Part shown: piece by piece, positions 30,611 through 39,726 of the stretch
Position numbering within the stretch: position 1 is the stretch's first letter
How the letters are laid out: each line of letters starts with the position of its first letter
NCBI RefSeq assembly: GCF_050920415.1
Contig: NZ_CP169309.1
Reading direction: 5' to 3' (one strand)
DNA length: 64,000 nucleotides
DNA from: Escherichia coli
GTDB lineage: Bacteria > Pseudomonadota > Gammaproteobacteria > Enterobacterales > Enterobacteriaceae
Translations under genes and position numbers: made by a program
The notes under the pieces: generated by a model
The model's database searches: none
What the model saw: only the letters and a program-made list of their open reading frames with translations
Told to the model about the DNA's origin: nothing

Positions 30611-30907
30611 ATGTCAATTTCCGCTCATCGTTCAAAGCGGACTAGAAGGTTAGCTTGCGTCGGACTTGGCGTTTTTAAAGAAGTGCTGGTGGTGACTGGT
30701 TGTTGTGTTCCATTTCTACAGAACAAAATCACAGAAACTATTCCCAATAGTTTTATTGAATCAATGATGAGACAGCCTCATATTTATCAGGACTGGTGTA
30801 CGTCCAATACAGGAGGTTGTCGTGCTGGTTCTCAAATGTGCGCTCGCTATTGCGGCTGTAATGGCAATTTATTGTCTTGCTGTTGTTCTTATGGATCGCC
30901 TTTCTGA
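30611..30907 (+). CDS. hypothetical Cys-rich small protein (weak call)
   Basis: 98-aa ORF; C-terminal 45 aa contain 9 Cys (CRAGSQMCARYCGCNGNLLSCCCSYGSPF); no RBS evaluated. Confidence 0.25.
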   Translation: MSISAHRSKRTRRLACVGLGVFKEVLVVTGCCVPFLQNKITETIPNSFIESMMRQPHIYQDWCTSNTGGCRAGSQMCARYCGCNGNLLSCCCSYGSPF

Positions 30908-31122
30908 TTGATTTTATATTGGCGAGGTGACGGGAGTTAAGTAGGATTGCTGCGGGTGCTTGAGGCTATCTGTCTCAGGCATGAATACCAACGGCAGATA
31001 GAGAAAAGCCCCAGTTAACATTACGCGTCCTGCAAGACGCCTAACATTAATCTGAGGCCATATCTATGACTTGCACACGTAGGTTAGCCTCTTACGTGCC
31101 GAAAGGCAAGGAGAAGCAGGCT

Positions 31123-31353
31123 ATGAAGCAGCATAAGGCGATGTTAATCGCCCTGATTGTCATCTGTTTAACTGTCATTGTGACGGCACTGGTAACGAGG
31201 AAAGATCTCTGTGAGGTACGAATCCGAACCAGCCAAACGGAGGTCGCTGTCTTCACAGCTTACGAACCTGAGGAGTTAGAGACCAGGCGAGGGAGAAATC
31301 CCTCGCCACCTCTGATGAGTCAGGCATCCTCAATGCACCCACACTTAACTTGA
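31123..31353 (+). CDS. hokD: Hok/Gef-family type I toxin (HokD/RelF-like) with C-terminal extension
   Basis: MKQHKAMLIALIVICLTVIVTALVTRKDLCEVRIRTSQTEVAVFTAYEPEE matches the Hok family; the expected stop after EPEE is TTA here and the ORF continues 25 codons; GC-rich hairpin GGCGAGGGAGAAATCCCTCGCC within the extension; in frame with an upstream mok-like ORF from 31066. Confidence 0.8.
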   Translation: MKQHKAMLIALIVICLTVIVTALVTRKDLCEVRIRTSQTEVAVFTAYEPEELETRRGRNPSPPLMSQASSMHPHLT

Positions 31354-31737
31354 TTCGGCGGGTTTATTTTATCTGTAAATATTTTTATAAAAATAATGCC
31401 CACACACAGCATAAAACAAAAAGTATCACAGATAAAAAAGGAGCGTAATGTGCAGATTTGTTGTTTTCCATATTTACTCGCTTTAACATAATCAATATTG
31501 ATATGGTTGTTATTTCGGTGGTTTCAAACGAGATATTATGGTGATCTGGCAAATTTGCATAACATTAAAATTTAATTTATCTAATCGCTTTTAATAATAA
31601 GCGTTGTGTTTTATCCCAGCAATCTGTTGTTTGATTTTTATTTCATTAATGTAGGGGCTTTACACTGGAACCAGTTTATTTATACTTTATACGCCAGCCT
31701 GAACAACTGGCACCTGCTGCGCCAGCAGAGACAACCG

Positions 31738-32016
31738 ATGGCGCACGATACCAAATTACACAATTCTGATGATTCTGCCGTCTTTGCCAGCAGGTGCGGA
31801 CGGCGTTTTCACGCATTCAAATCGGACTGGTTCCAGCATTCTCCATGCACTGAAGAACAGGCTGAATGGTTAATTCATTGCTACCGCAGACGCGGATACG
31901 AGATTAAGAAAGCCCTCAGCCCCGATTATCGTCACTGGATAATCTACGTCAGGCTTCCTTATTCCGAACGCCCACCGCGTCAGTCCCGCACATTCCAGCA
32001 ACGGATCTGGAGGTAA
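31738..32016 (+). CDS. hypothetical protein
   Basis: Internal Met of ORF 31606..32016; between hok and ydfU as in Qin (rem position). Confidence 0.35.
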   Translation: MAHDTKLHNSDDSAVFASRCGRRFHAFKSDWFQHSPCTEEQAEWLIHCYRRRGYEIKKALSPDYRHWIIYVRLPYSERPPRQSRTFQQRIWR

Positions 32017-32017
32017 C

Positions 32018-33067
32018 GTGCGGGTATTACTTCGACCTGTACCGGTACCGGAACTCGGGGTGGTTATCGTTAAGCCAGGCCGTGAATCAATGTCGGTATT
32101 CCATAACGACAGAGTACTGGTGGAGCCGGAACCAAAAAGCATGCGCGGTCTGCCGTCCGGAGTCGTCCCTACCGTTCGCCAGCCGCTGGCGGAGGATAAA
32201 TCATTACTGCCGTTTTTCAGTAACAAACGAGTGATTCGTGCTGCTGGCGGCGCTGGTGCACTGTCTGACTGGTTACTGCGCCATGTCAAATCCTGCCAGT
32301 GGCCTCATGGTGATTACCACCATAGTGAAACCGTTATTCACCGTTACGGTACCGGCGCGATGGTATTGTGCTGGCACTGCGACAACCAGCTGCGCGACCA
32401 GACATCGGAATCACTCGAGCAACTTGCTCAACAAAATCTGACAGCCTGGATGCTTGAGGTTATACGTCACGCAATGAATGGCACGCAGGAGCGGGAATTA
32501 TCGCTGGCTGAATTATCCTGGTGGGCGGTTTGCAATCAGGTGGTGGATGCTCTACCTGAGGCAGTATCACGTCGTTCGTTGGGATTACCGGTGGAAAAAA
32601 TCCTCTCTGTGTATCGCGAGAGCGACATCGTACCGGGAGAACAGACAGCCACCAGCATACTGAAGCAGCGCACAAAAAATATTGCGCTACCGCCTCACGT
32701 CCACCAGCAACAAAACTCACCACAGGAAAAGGCGGTGGTAAGCATCGCCGTTGATCCTGAGTCCCCGGAATCTTTCATGAAGCGACCTAAACGTCGCCGT
32801 TGGGTAAATGAGAAATACACACGCTGGGTAAAGACACAGTCGTGTGCGTGCTGTGGTAAGCCAGCTGACGATCCCCATCACCTGATAGGTCATGGTCAGG
32901 GCGGAATGGGAACAAAGGCCCACGATATTTTCACGTTACCGTTGTGTCGTAAACATCATAACGAGCTTCATGCAGAACCGTTGGCGTTCGAAGAAAAGCA
33001 TGGTTCTCAGGTTGATTTAATTTTTCGTTTTCTTGATCACGCCTTTGCAACCGGCGTGCTCGGATAA
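32018..33067 (+). CDS. ydfU: DUF968-family prophage protein YdfU-like
   Basis: 349-aa ORF; C-terminal Cys/His cluster (CACCGKPADDPHHLIGHGQGGMGTKAHD...CRKHHNELH); same length and position as K-12 Qin YdfU. Confidence 0.85.
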   Translation: MRVLLRPVPVPELGVVIVKPGRESMSVFHNDRVLVEPEPKSMRGLPSGVVPTVRQPLAEDKSLLPFFSNKRVIRAAGGAGALSDWLLRHVKSCQWPHGDYHHSETVIHRYGTGAMVLCWHCDNQLRDQTSESLEQLAQQNLTAWMLEVIRHAMNGTQERELSLAELSWWAVCNQVVDALPEAVSRRSLGLPVEKILSVYRESDIVPGEQTATSILKQRTKNIALPPHVHQQQNSPQEKAVVSIAVDPESPESFMKRPKRRRWVNEKYTRWVKTQSCACCGKPADDPHHLIGHGQGGMGTKAHDIFTLPLCRKHHNELHAEPLAFEEKHGSQVDLIFRFLDHAFATGVLG

Positions 33068-33076
33068 AAGAGGTTA

Positions 33077-33439
33077 TTGATGGGGATAGAATTTGTTTTG
33101 CCTTACCCGCCGACGGTAAATACCTACTGGCGTCGTCGTGGCAGCACATATTTTGTATCAAAAGCAGGGGAGCGTTATCGCCGGGATGTGGCGCTTATTG
33201 TTCGCCAGCAGCGGCTGAAATTAAATCTGTCCGGAAGGCTGGCAATAAAAATTATTGCAGAGCCACCGGATAAGCGCCGTCGTGACCTGGACAATATTCT
33301 GAAAGCACCACTGGATGCACTGACACATGCGGGACTGCTTATCGACGACGAGCAGTTTGATGAAGTTAATATTATGCGCGGTCAGGTTGTTCCCGGTGGT
33401 CGGCTGGGGATAAAAATCACAGAACTGGAGTGCGCATGA
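33077..33439 (+). CDS. rusA: RusA-family Holliday junction resolvase
   Basis: 120-aa ORF; RusA catalytic core with RRRDLDNILKAPLDAL. Confidence 0.9.
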   Translation: MMGIEFVLPYPPTVNTYWRRRGSTYFVSKAGERYRRDVALIVRQQRLKLNLSGRLAIKIIAEPPDKRRRDLDNILKAPLDALTHAGLLIDDEQFDEVNIMRGQVVPGGRLGIKITELECA

Positions 33440-34101
33440 ATAACCAGTATTTACAGTTTGTGCGTGAGCAGCTCACGATCGCCACCGCTGATTTGAGTGG
33501 AGCAACAAAAGGTCAGCTTGAAGCCTGGCAGGAGAATGCCATGTTCAATACAGGGCGTTACAGACGTAAAAAAATCCGGTACCGCGATAAGGTCACTGGA
33601 AAAATAGTAACGCTGGATAATCCACCGATCCCGGGAAAGCAATCGCTGGCGAAAGGTTCATCAATTGCCCTGGTCAGTCCGGTTGAGTTTTCGACATCAT
33701 CATGGCGACGCGCCGTTCTGTCTCTTGAAGAACATCATAAAGCCTGGCTGCTGTGGTGTTACAGCGGTAGCATTTGCTGGGAGCATCAGATCGCGATAAC
33801 GCAGTGGGCGTGGATTGAATTTAATGCTCAATCCGGTACCAGAAAAATTGCAGGAAAAACTCTGGTGCGCCTGAAGACGTTGAGCTGGTTGGCGGCGCAG
33901 GCGGTAAAAGCTGAGCTTTTTGGTGGGGAAGGTTACGAATACCAGGAACTGGCGTTACTGGTGGGAGTAACAACCAAAAACTGGTCCAAGACATTTACTG
34001 GTCACTGGGTTGCAATGAAACACATTTTTCATCGGCTGGATAGTGAAGCTTTATTGTTAGTGGAGAGAACACGTTCAAAACAAAAGGCGGCATTTTCATA
34101 G
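33436..34101 (+). CDS. putative late-gene antiterminator (Q-like, QuuQ-type)
   Basis: 222 aa immediately downstream of rusA and upstream of a promoter plus terminator pair typical of pR'/tR'; assignment by position, not motif. Confidence 0.6.
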   Translation: MNNQYLQFVREQLTIATADLSGATKGQLEAWQENAMFNTGRYRRKKIRYRDKVTGKIVTLDNPPIPGKQSLAKGSSIALVSPVEFSTSSWRRAVLSLEEHHKAWLLWCYSGSICWEHQIAITQWAWIEFNAQSGTRKIAGKTLVRLKTLSWLAAQAVKAELFGGEGYEYQELALLVGVTTKNWSKTFTGHWVAMKHIFHRLDSEALLLVERTRSKQKAAFS

Positions 34102-34108
34102 CAAAGTA

Positions 34109-34137
34109 TTGCAAAAGTAGATTAAAACGCATATATT
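34109..34137 (+). promoter_or_regulatory. candidate late promoter pR' (approximate)
   Basis: TTGCAA-17 nt-TATATT just after the Q-like gene and about 55 nt before the tR'-like terminator. Confidence 0.45.
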
Positions 34138-34190
34138 TCGTGTAAATCTGATATTTTGCCGTTTTTATACGTGATGGCAAAGCTAGTAAA

Positions 34191-34215
34191 ACCCGCGACC
34201 GAGCGGGTTTTTTAT
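34191..34215 (+). terminator. tR'-like rho-independent terminator (approximate)
   Basis: CCCGC-gaccga-GCGGG followed by TTTTTT. Confidence 0.6.
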
Positions 34216-34355
34216 CCCCCCAAAAAATGGCATAGACATTAAACGTGATGACGATTGTGCCAATACTTTCTCCATCAATGACGCCCCTTGACTGCATGGA
34301 ATCCAATTTGTTATGTAATATGTGTTGATATTTTTGAGTTGTTAATGGTGTTACT

Positions 34356-35069
34356 ATGAATGACAGTGCTCTGCTCAGAAACTCTTCACTTTTTGTTGCT
34401 TATATGGGCTGTCTAGGATGGGGAAGCGCTTATTTCTATGGATGGGGTACTTCATTTTACTATGGCTTTCCATGGTGGGTTGTCGGGGCTGGTGTCGATG
34501 ATGTTGCACGAAGTTTGTTTTATGCTGTGACAGTTATCGTTATATTCCTTATTGGATGGGGAGTTGGTATTGTTTTCTTTTTGGGCATAAAACAAAAGCG
34601 CAATATACAAAATTTGAGTTTTATCCGGCTTTTTCTCGCGATATTGCTGCTTTTTATTCCACCTGTTCTGGAGTTTTCGGTAATTCATCAGCATGTTGAG
34701 CCAGATGTACTGATTTTCTGCATTCTTGCTGCCTTTACAATCACGCTTTTTGTCAGGTCTGGAAGAAGACTTGTTTCAGTCAAATGTTTTTCGGAAATGT
34801 CTTTTATTCGCCATCACCGAATTGAGTTCATGATGGCTGGGTTTATGATTTATTTCTGGGCATTCTCTCTTATTGCCGGTTGGTACAAACCACAGTTTAA
34901 GAGGGAATATCAGGCGATCCACTATGAGAATGTATGGTATTACATTATTGCGCGTTATGATGATCGTCTGGTGTTATCGAAATCATACAGGAGTGGGGGT
35001 AAGAAATTCGTTATATTTAATAGCGGAAATATTAATGATTTTGAAATTAATACTATCAGAGTGCGTTAA
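34356..35069 (+). CDS. polytopic membrane protein (moron downstream of Q)
   Basis: 237-aa ORF in AT-rich DNA; about 6 hydrophobic helices; own promoter-like TTGACT-17-TTATGT upstream; T-rich terminator downstream. Confidence 0.55.
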   Translation: MNDSALLRNSSLFVAYMGCLGWGSAYFYGWGTSFYYGFPWWVVGAGVDDVARSLFYAVTVIVIFLIGWGVGIVFFLGIKQKRNIQNLSFIRLFLAILLLFIPPVLEFSVIHQHVEPDVLIFCILAAFTITLFVRSGRRLVSVKCFSEMSFIRHHRIEFMMAGFMIYFWAFSLIAGWYKPQFKREYQAIHYENVWYYIIARYDDRLVLSKSYRSGGKKFVIFNSGNINDFEINTIRVR

Positions 35070-35243
35070 AATTTCTTGAGTAATGAAGATTTTTACTGCC
35101 CGGCATTGAGCGGTTTTTTTATGCCAGAAAAATGGTGTGGTACATAAAATGTGCTGGTGGTTATTAATACCGGTCTTTCAGCTTGCTGGCTTTTTCGACA
35201 AGAGTTATTGGTATGTCACGTTAACCAATAAAGAGAAAAAGAC

Positions 35244-35441
35244 ATGCTAAAACAGCAGGATATGACCGAAACAGCCAGAGTGGTGTTTAATGAATTAAGC
35301 GTCACTGAACCGGCAACAGTTGGGGAAATTGCGCAGAATACTTACCTTTCACGCGAACGCTGCCAGTTAATACTGACCCAGCTTGTGATGGCGGGTCTGG
35401 CAGATTATCAGTTCGGTTGTTACAGACGCCTTCCGCAGTGA
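35244..35441 (+). CDS. small hypothetical protein, possible winged-helix
   Basis: 65-aa ORF upstream of the methyltransferase gene. Confidence 0.4.
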   Translation: MLKQQDMTETARVVFNELSVTEPATVGEIAQNTYLSRERCQLILTQLVMAGLADYQFGCYRRLPQ

Positions 35442-35591
35442 AGGCTTTTTACTTTGTGGTAATGGGCGGCTGGTGGGTGTTAGCGGCACCTGCCAGCCAT
35501 CTGCTCATGTGTTGAGGTCACAAGCAAACCTCAGGCCCATCTGCTTTGCGCAAAAGCGGTATGAGCCTATCAGAGAAGTGCTTATTGATCT

Positions 35592-36677
35592 ATGGCTAAT
35601 ACTGTAAAAATATCCAGTTGTGAGTTAATCAACACTGATTGCCTGGAATTTATCCAGACCTTATCGGAAAACTCTGTCGATCTTATAGTCACAGACCCGC
35701 CATATTTTAAAGTGAAGCCCGAGGGCTGGGATAACCAGTGGAAGGGCGACGATGATTACCTAAAATGGCTGGACCAGTGTCTGGCTCAGTTCTGGCGGGT
35801 ACTGAAGCCTGCCGGAAGTCTTTACCTGTTTTGTGGTCATCGCCTGGCATCTGATATCGAAATCATGATGCGTGAGCGCTTTAATGTGCTGAACCACATT
35901 ATCTGGGCGAAGCCGTCCGGACGCTGGAACGGGTGCAACAAAGAAAGCCTGCGGGCGTATTTCCCGGCAACAGAGCGCATTCTGTTTGCCGAACATTATC
36001 AGGGGCCATATCAGCCAAAAAATGCCGGCTATGCGGCAAAGGAGCGCGAGCTTAAACAACACGTCATGGCCCCGCTGATTTTTTACTTTCGTGATGCGCG
36101 TGAATCACTGGGAATAACGTCCAAACAGATAGCGGAAGCCACCGGAAAGAAAAACATGGTGTCGCACTGGTTTGGTACCAGTCAGTGGCAGTTACCGAAC
36201 GAAGCTGATTACAGAAAACTGCAGGCGCTGTTCGCGCGTGTTGCAGAAGAAAAACACCAGCGTGGGGAGCTGGCAACGCCACACCAACTGCTGGTCAGCA
36301 CATACAGTGAACTGAACCGGCAATATGCCAGTCTGCTTGAGGAATACAAATCTCTGCGGCGTTATTTTTCTGTATCGGCCGCCGTTCCTTATACGGATGT
36401 CTGGACGCATAAGCCCGTACAGTATTATCCGGGTAAGCATCCCTGCGAAAAACCGGCGGATATGTTGCGTCAGATAATTTCTGCCAGCAGTCGTCCGGGG
36501 GATGTGGTTGCGGATTTTTTTATGGGATCGGGGGCAACAATAAAAGCAGCAATGGGATTGGGGCGTCGCACGATTGGGGTTGAACTTGAGTCCGGGCGTT
36601 TTGAACAAACAGTTGGTGAAATATTGGTGCTGAACGATAAATTGCGAAATGCACAATTAGATAAGAACAGGAGCTAA
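35592..36677 (+). CDS. beta-class DNA methyltransferase (N6-adenine or N4-cytosine), orphan
   Basis: 361-aa ORF; motif IV DPPY near N-terminus (LIVTDPPYF) and motif I near C-terminus (DVVADFFMGSGAT); no adjacent restriction gene. Confidence 0.85.
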   Translation: MANTVKISSCELINTDCLEFIQTLSENSVDLIVTDPPYFKVKPEGWDNQWKGDDDYLKWLDQCLAQFWRVLKPAGSLYLFCGHRLASDIEIMMRERFNVLNHIIWAKPSGRWNGCNKESLRAYFPATERILFAEHYQGPYQPKNAGYAAKERELKQHVMAPLIFYFRDARESLGITSKQIAEATGKKNMVSHWFGTSQWQLPNEADYRKLQALFARVAEEKHQRGELATPHQLLVSTYSELNRQYASLLEEYKSLRRYFSVSAAVPYTDVWTHKPVQYYPGKHPCEKPADMLRQIISASSRPGDVVADFFMGSGATIKAAMGLGRRTIGVELESGRFEQTVGEILVLNDKLRNAQLDKNRS

Positions 36678-37197
36678 TCCTCGATTAATATCTAAGCCAA
36701 GCAGGATGCTTGGAAGTTCTGATATATTCTTATCGTTTTTCGGTATTTAAAACTGATTTTCGCTGGTTGCGAAAGCACGTGGTCGGGCACTGCGTTCACA
36801 CATGCAGGAGGGTGTGAAGTCAGCTTTTTTTCTGTGTATTCAGATGGCGTTCTGATTCTATAACGAGTTACGTGGACATCAGGGATGGAGAGAATAGGAA
36901 CGCCATCTTAATACATTTTCCCCGTTTATTTGATATATCTTCCGGATAAGGGATTAGGTCTGGTTTTTTATGTCATTCAATAACGCTCTTCTATACTGTA
37001 TACAATACTTTATCCTGGCAGTGTGTTTAAAACCTGAACTTATCCTTTGTTTCGTTTATAGACAGAAGGGTTAATATCGACTTATCATCAGCAGGATGGC
37101 AACAGATGTGTAAGCAGCTGGTCACCAGTTATACTTCAGTGGTACTTCTGAGTGCTTCTCTCCGTGAAATGATTATCATCCAGATGACAGGAGTAGA

Positions 37198-37476
37198 GTG
37201 AATATTGATGATATTTCCAGGTGCTCCAGCTTGTTGCAGCGTATTGAGGATGTTAATGCTGAACGAGCCAGGGCCTTTAGTCGTTTGACAGTTATATTTT
37301 CTACCCCTGATCGCCTTTCAGGAAAGAACATTGTTTTATTAAACAGTGATGCCATCCATAAGGTTTTTGAAGAGTTCATGGCTGCTAATTCAGAATTGCT
37401 GGCTCTTGTTGAGGAATACAACGAGATAGCCAGCCGTGTCGGTATGGATGAATTCAACGTCATACTTCGTGGATAA
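37198..37476 (+). CDS. hypothetical protein
   Basis: 92-aa ORF followed by a strong terminator. Confidence 0.4.
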   Translation: MNIDDISRCSSLLQRIEDVNAERARAFSRLTVIFSTPDRLSGKNIVLLNSDAIHKVFEEFMAANSELLALVEEYNEIASRVGMDEFNVILRG

Positions 37477-37499
37477 AAACATGCTTCATATTTTCTGTT

Positions 37500-37524
37500 A
37501 GCTCGCTACGGCGAGCTTTTTTTG
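37500..37524 (+). terminator. rho-independent terminator (approximate)
   Basis: AGCTCGC-tacg-GCGAGCT followed by a T-run. Confidence 0.55.
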
Positions 37525-37657
37525 TATCTGAGCCACACCTGGCGCACATCAAAAACACAGAGCCTTTCAGGAGGTGCTTACGGGATTGTCAGTGTGACTT
37601 TCACTGTGGGCTGGTAACCATCTGGCGCAGGCTCGTCTACGCAAAGGAAAAGTCACG

Positions 37658-38083
37658 ATGTTAGGTATTTTCAAAAAGAAAACCCGCAAGGCCATCACAG
37701 AAGTGAAGAAGATGGAGAACCGTGATGCGGTGGAGGCGACCGTCTGGGGCGCATATTCCATTGCATATGCCGACGGCACCTGCGATGCGAAAGAAATCGC
37801 AGTACTGGAGAAAACTATTGCTGCGCTTCCTGCTTTTGCACCGTTCTCTGGTGAGATTGCCCAGATGAGCGCCAATATCCGCGCCCGTTATGAAGCGTCA
37901 CCGCGTAGTGCGAATGCGCATGCATTGCGTGAGCTGGCTGATGTGGCGGGGACAACTGAGGCGGTTGACGTGCTTTGCCTCTGTCTGGATATCGCTGATC
38001 AGGATGGCATTGGTCCGGATGAAGAAGCGCAGCTCAAGAAAATTGCACAGGCGCTTCAGTTACCACTGGAGCAGTATCTGTGA
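37658..38083 (+). CDS. TerB-like (tellurite-resistance TerB family) protein
   Basis: 141-aa ORF; two D-G-x-x-D-x-x-E-like segments (YADGTCDAKEIAVLE, DQDGIGPDEEAQL). Confidence 0.5.
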   Translation: MLGIFKKKTRKAITEVKKMENRDAVEATVWGAYSIAYADGTCDAKEIAVLEKTIAALPAFAPFSGEIAQMSANIRARYEASPRSANAHALRELADVAGTTEAVDVLCLCLDIADQDGIGPDEEAQLKKIAQALQLPLEQYL

Positions 38084-38232
38084 AAAGTGCGGGCCTTGTG
38101 CTGGCTGCCATCCTGTTGTTTCTGGTAGTGGCAGTGGATTTCACTGGATGGCTGATGTCGGTACTGGCTGATGGTGTGCTGGTGGCGATGGTAACGGTCT
38201 TACTCTGGCCTTTACTTCGCAAATCTGAATAA
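38080..38232 (+). CDS. small hydrophobic protein (about 50 aa), possible lysis-associated membrane protein (weak call)
   Basis: GTG overlapping the stop of the TerB-like gene; VKSAGLVLAAILLFLVVAVDFTGWLMSVLADGVLVAMVTVLLWPLLRKSE; below ORF-track size cutoff. Confidence 0.3.
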   Translation: MKSAGLVLAAILLFLVVAVDFTGWLMSVLADGVLVAMVTVLLWPLLRKSE

Positions 38233-38317
38233 ACAGCCTACAAAAGGTATCTGCGGGTACCTTTGATAAAGTTTTTTAGGGCCGCTGATGGTCCTTTTTA
38301 TTTACAGGAGAATAAAT

Positions 38318-38710
38318 ATGTCTGAACCCTTATCCGGTTCCGGCACTGCTGTGGCGCTCGGCGGGGCGACGGTATTCGGGCTGTTTACCGGGACGGATTT
38401 CGGGATTGTATTTGGTGCGTTCGCTGGTGCGTTATTTGTGGCAACAATGCCGCAGACACTTTCAGCCTGGCGTGTGGCTGCACATTTTCTGGTGTCCTTT
38501 ATTGTTGGTGTGCTTGGGGCCCGTGGTGTGGCCGGTTACATGGCGGAACGTATTGGGTTTAACAGTGCTTCCGTTGATGCGTTGTGTGCGGTCCTGGTGT
38601 CGGTGCTCTCAGTAAAAGTCCTGTCATTCATCCACCAGCAGGAGATTACATCACTGGTATCCGGTCTGTTCTCCCGTCAGCGTGGAGGAGGTGGTGGTAA
38701 TGACAAATAA
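38318..38710 (+). CDS. putative holin (multi-TM lysis protein)
   Basis: 130 aa from Met11 of ORF 38288..38710 with GGAGA RBS; Gly/Ala-rich TM helices; directly upstream of endolysin. Confidence 0.6.
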   Translation: MSEPLSGSGTAVALGGATVFGLFTGTDFGIVFGAFAGALFVATMPQTLSAWRVAAHFLVSFIVGVLGARGVAGYMAERIGFNSASVDALCAVLVSVLSVKVLSFIHQQEITSLVSGLFSRQRGGGGGNDK

Positions 38711-38978
38711 TCTTCCAGGATTACTGAATGCGGCGTTATGTACGGTTATCGTACTGACGCTTTTTTTCTACCGCAGAAAAGAGTCCCGACACAAACCGCT
38801 GATATCGTGGTGCGCCTGGTGTCTGATGCTGTTGTATGCGATAACGCCGTTAAGTTATCTCTGTGGTCATCCGTTGCCGGCAGACTGGCTGGTAGTGATG
38901 CTGAACCTGGTGTTTGGTGTCATGGTAGTGCGTGCGCGCGGTAATGTTTCAAAAATTTTTGCTTTCCTGAGTGGCTGA
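38700..38978 (+). CDS. second lysis-cassette membrane protein (holin or antiholin-like)
   Basis: 92 aa from Met7 of ORF 38682..38978; GGAGGAGG RBS; three hydrophobic segments; overlaps the holin stop and endolysin start. Confidence 0.5.
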   Translation: MTNNLPGLLNAALCTVIVLTLFFYRRKESRHKPLISWCAWCLMLLYAITPLSYLCGHPLPADWLVVMLNLVFGVMVVRARGNVSKIFAFLSG

Positions 38979-38979
38979 T

Positions 38980-39525
38980 ATGAAATCGAGAGATGAAATT
39001 TTTGATGAAATCCTCGGAAAAGAGGGGGGGTATGTCAGTCATCCTGACGATACAGGCGGAGCGACGAAGTGGGGAATTACTGAAAAAGTGGCGCGCGCGC
39101 ATGGTTACCGTGGTGATATGCGTGATTTGAGCCGCGGGCAGGCTCTGGAAATCCTTGAGGCAGACTATTGGTATGGACCTCGTTTTGACCAGGTGGCAAA
39201 CCTGTCTCCTGATATTGCTGCAGAACTGTGTGATACCGGGGTAAACATGGGGCCGTCGGTAGCCACAAAAATGCTTCAGCGCTGGCTGAATGTGTTTAAT
39301 CAGAAGGGAATGCTGTATCCGGACATAGTTACAGACGGGGGGATCGGGCCGCGAACCATTAATGCGTTACGTTCTTATCTGAAAAATCGCGGCAGGGATG
39401 GCGAACTGGTACTGGTGAAAGCCCTGAACTGTACGCAGGGTGAGCGTTATCTGGCGCTGGCAGAGAAACGCGAGGCTAACGAGTCGTTTGTCTATGGCTG
39501 GATGAAAGAGCGCGTTGGTTTATAA
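38980..39525 (+). CDS. endolysin, glycoside hydrolase family 108 N-acetylmuramidase with C-terminal peptidoglycan-binding domain
   Basis: 181 aa; GH108 signature EGGYVSHPDDTGGATKWGIT near N-terminus. Confidence 0.8.
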   Translation: MKSRDEIFDEILGKEGGYVSHPDDTGGATKWGITEKVARAHGYRGDMRDLSRGQALEILEADYWYGPRFDQVANLSPDIAAELCDTGVNMGPSVATKMLQRWLNVFNQKGMLYPDIVTDGGIGPRTINALRSYLKNRGRDGELVLVKALNCTQGERYLALAEKREANESFVYGWMKERVGL

Positions 39526-39537
39526 ACTCATCGAAAA

Positions 39538-39562
39538 GGTCACTTCGGTGGCTTTTTTATTG
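39538..39562 (+). terminator. rho-independent terminator after endolysin (approximate)
   Basis: GGTCAC-TTCG-GTGGC with UUCG tetraloop followed by TTTTTT. Confidence 0.45.
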
Positions 39563-39726
39563 TTCAAAAAACGAAAGAACGGAGGTACGTATGTACGCAC
39601 TGAAAAAGATTACGGTAACTGAAGATGGTCGTCAGTAGACTGGCCCCCTGAATCTCCAGACAACCAGTATCACTTAAATAAGTGATAGTCTTAATACTAG
39701 TTTTTAGACTAGTCATTGGAGAACAG

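Noticed and set aside
34100-34360. tRNA genes downstream of the Q-like gene (common in Stx-type lambdoid phages)
   Set aside because: No cloverleaf-compatible sequence or T-loop consensus (GTTCGAATC-like) found; the interval holds only promoter and terminator elements.
36990-37010. LexA-box-like sequence TACTGTATACAATAC
   Set aside because: Has the CTGT half but lacks the conserved distal CAG half of the CTG-N10-CAG SOS box.
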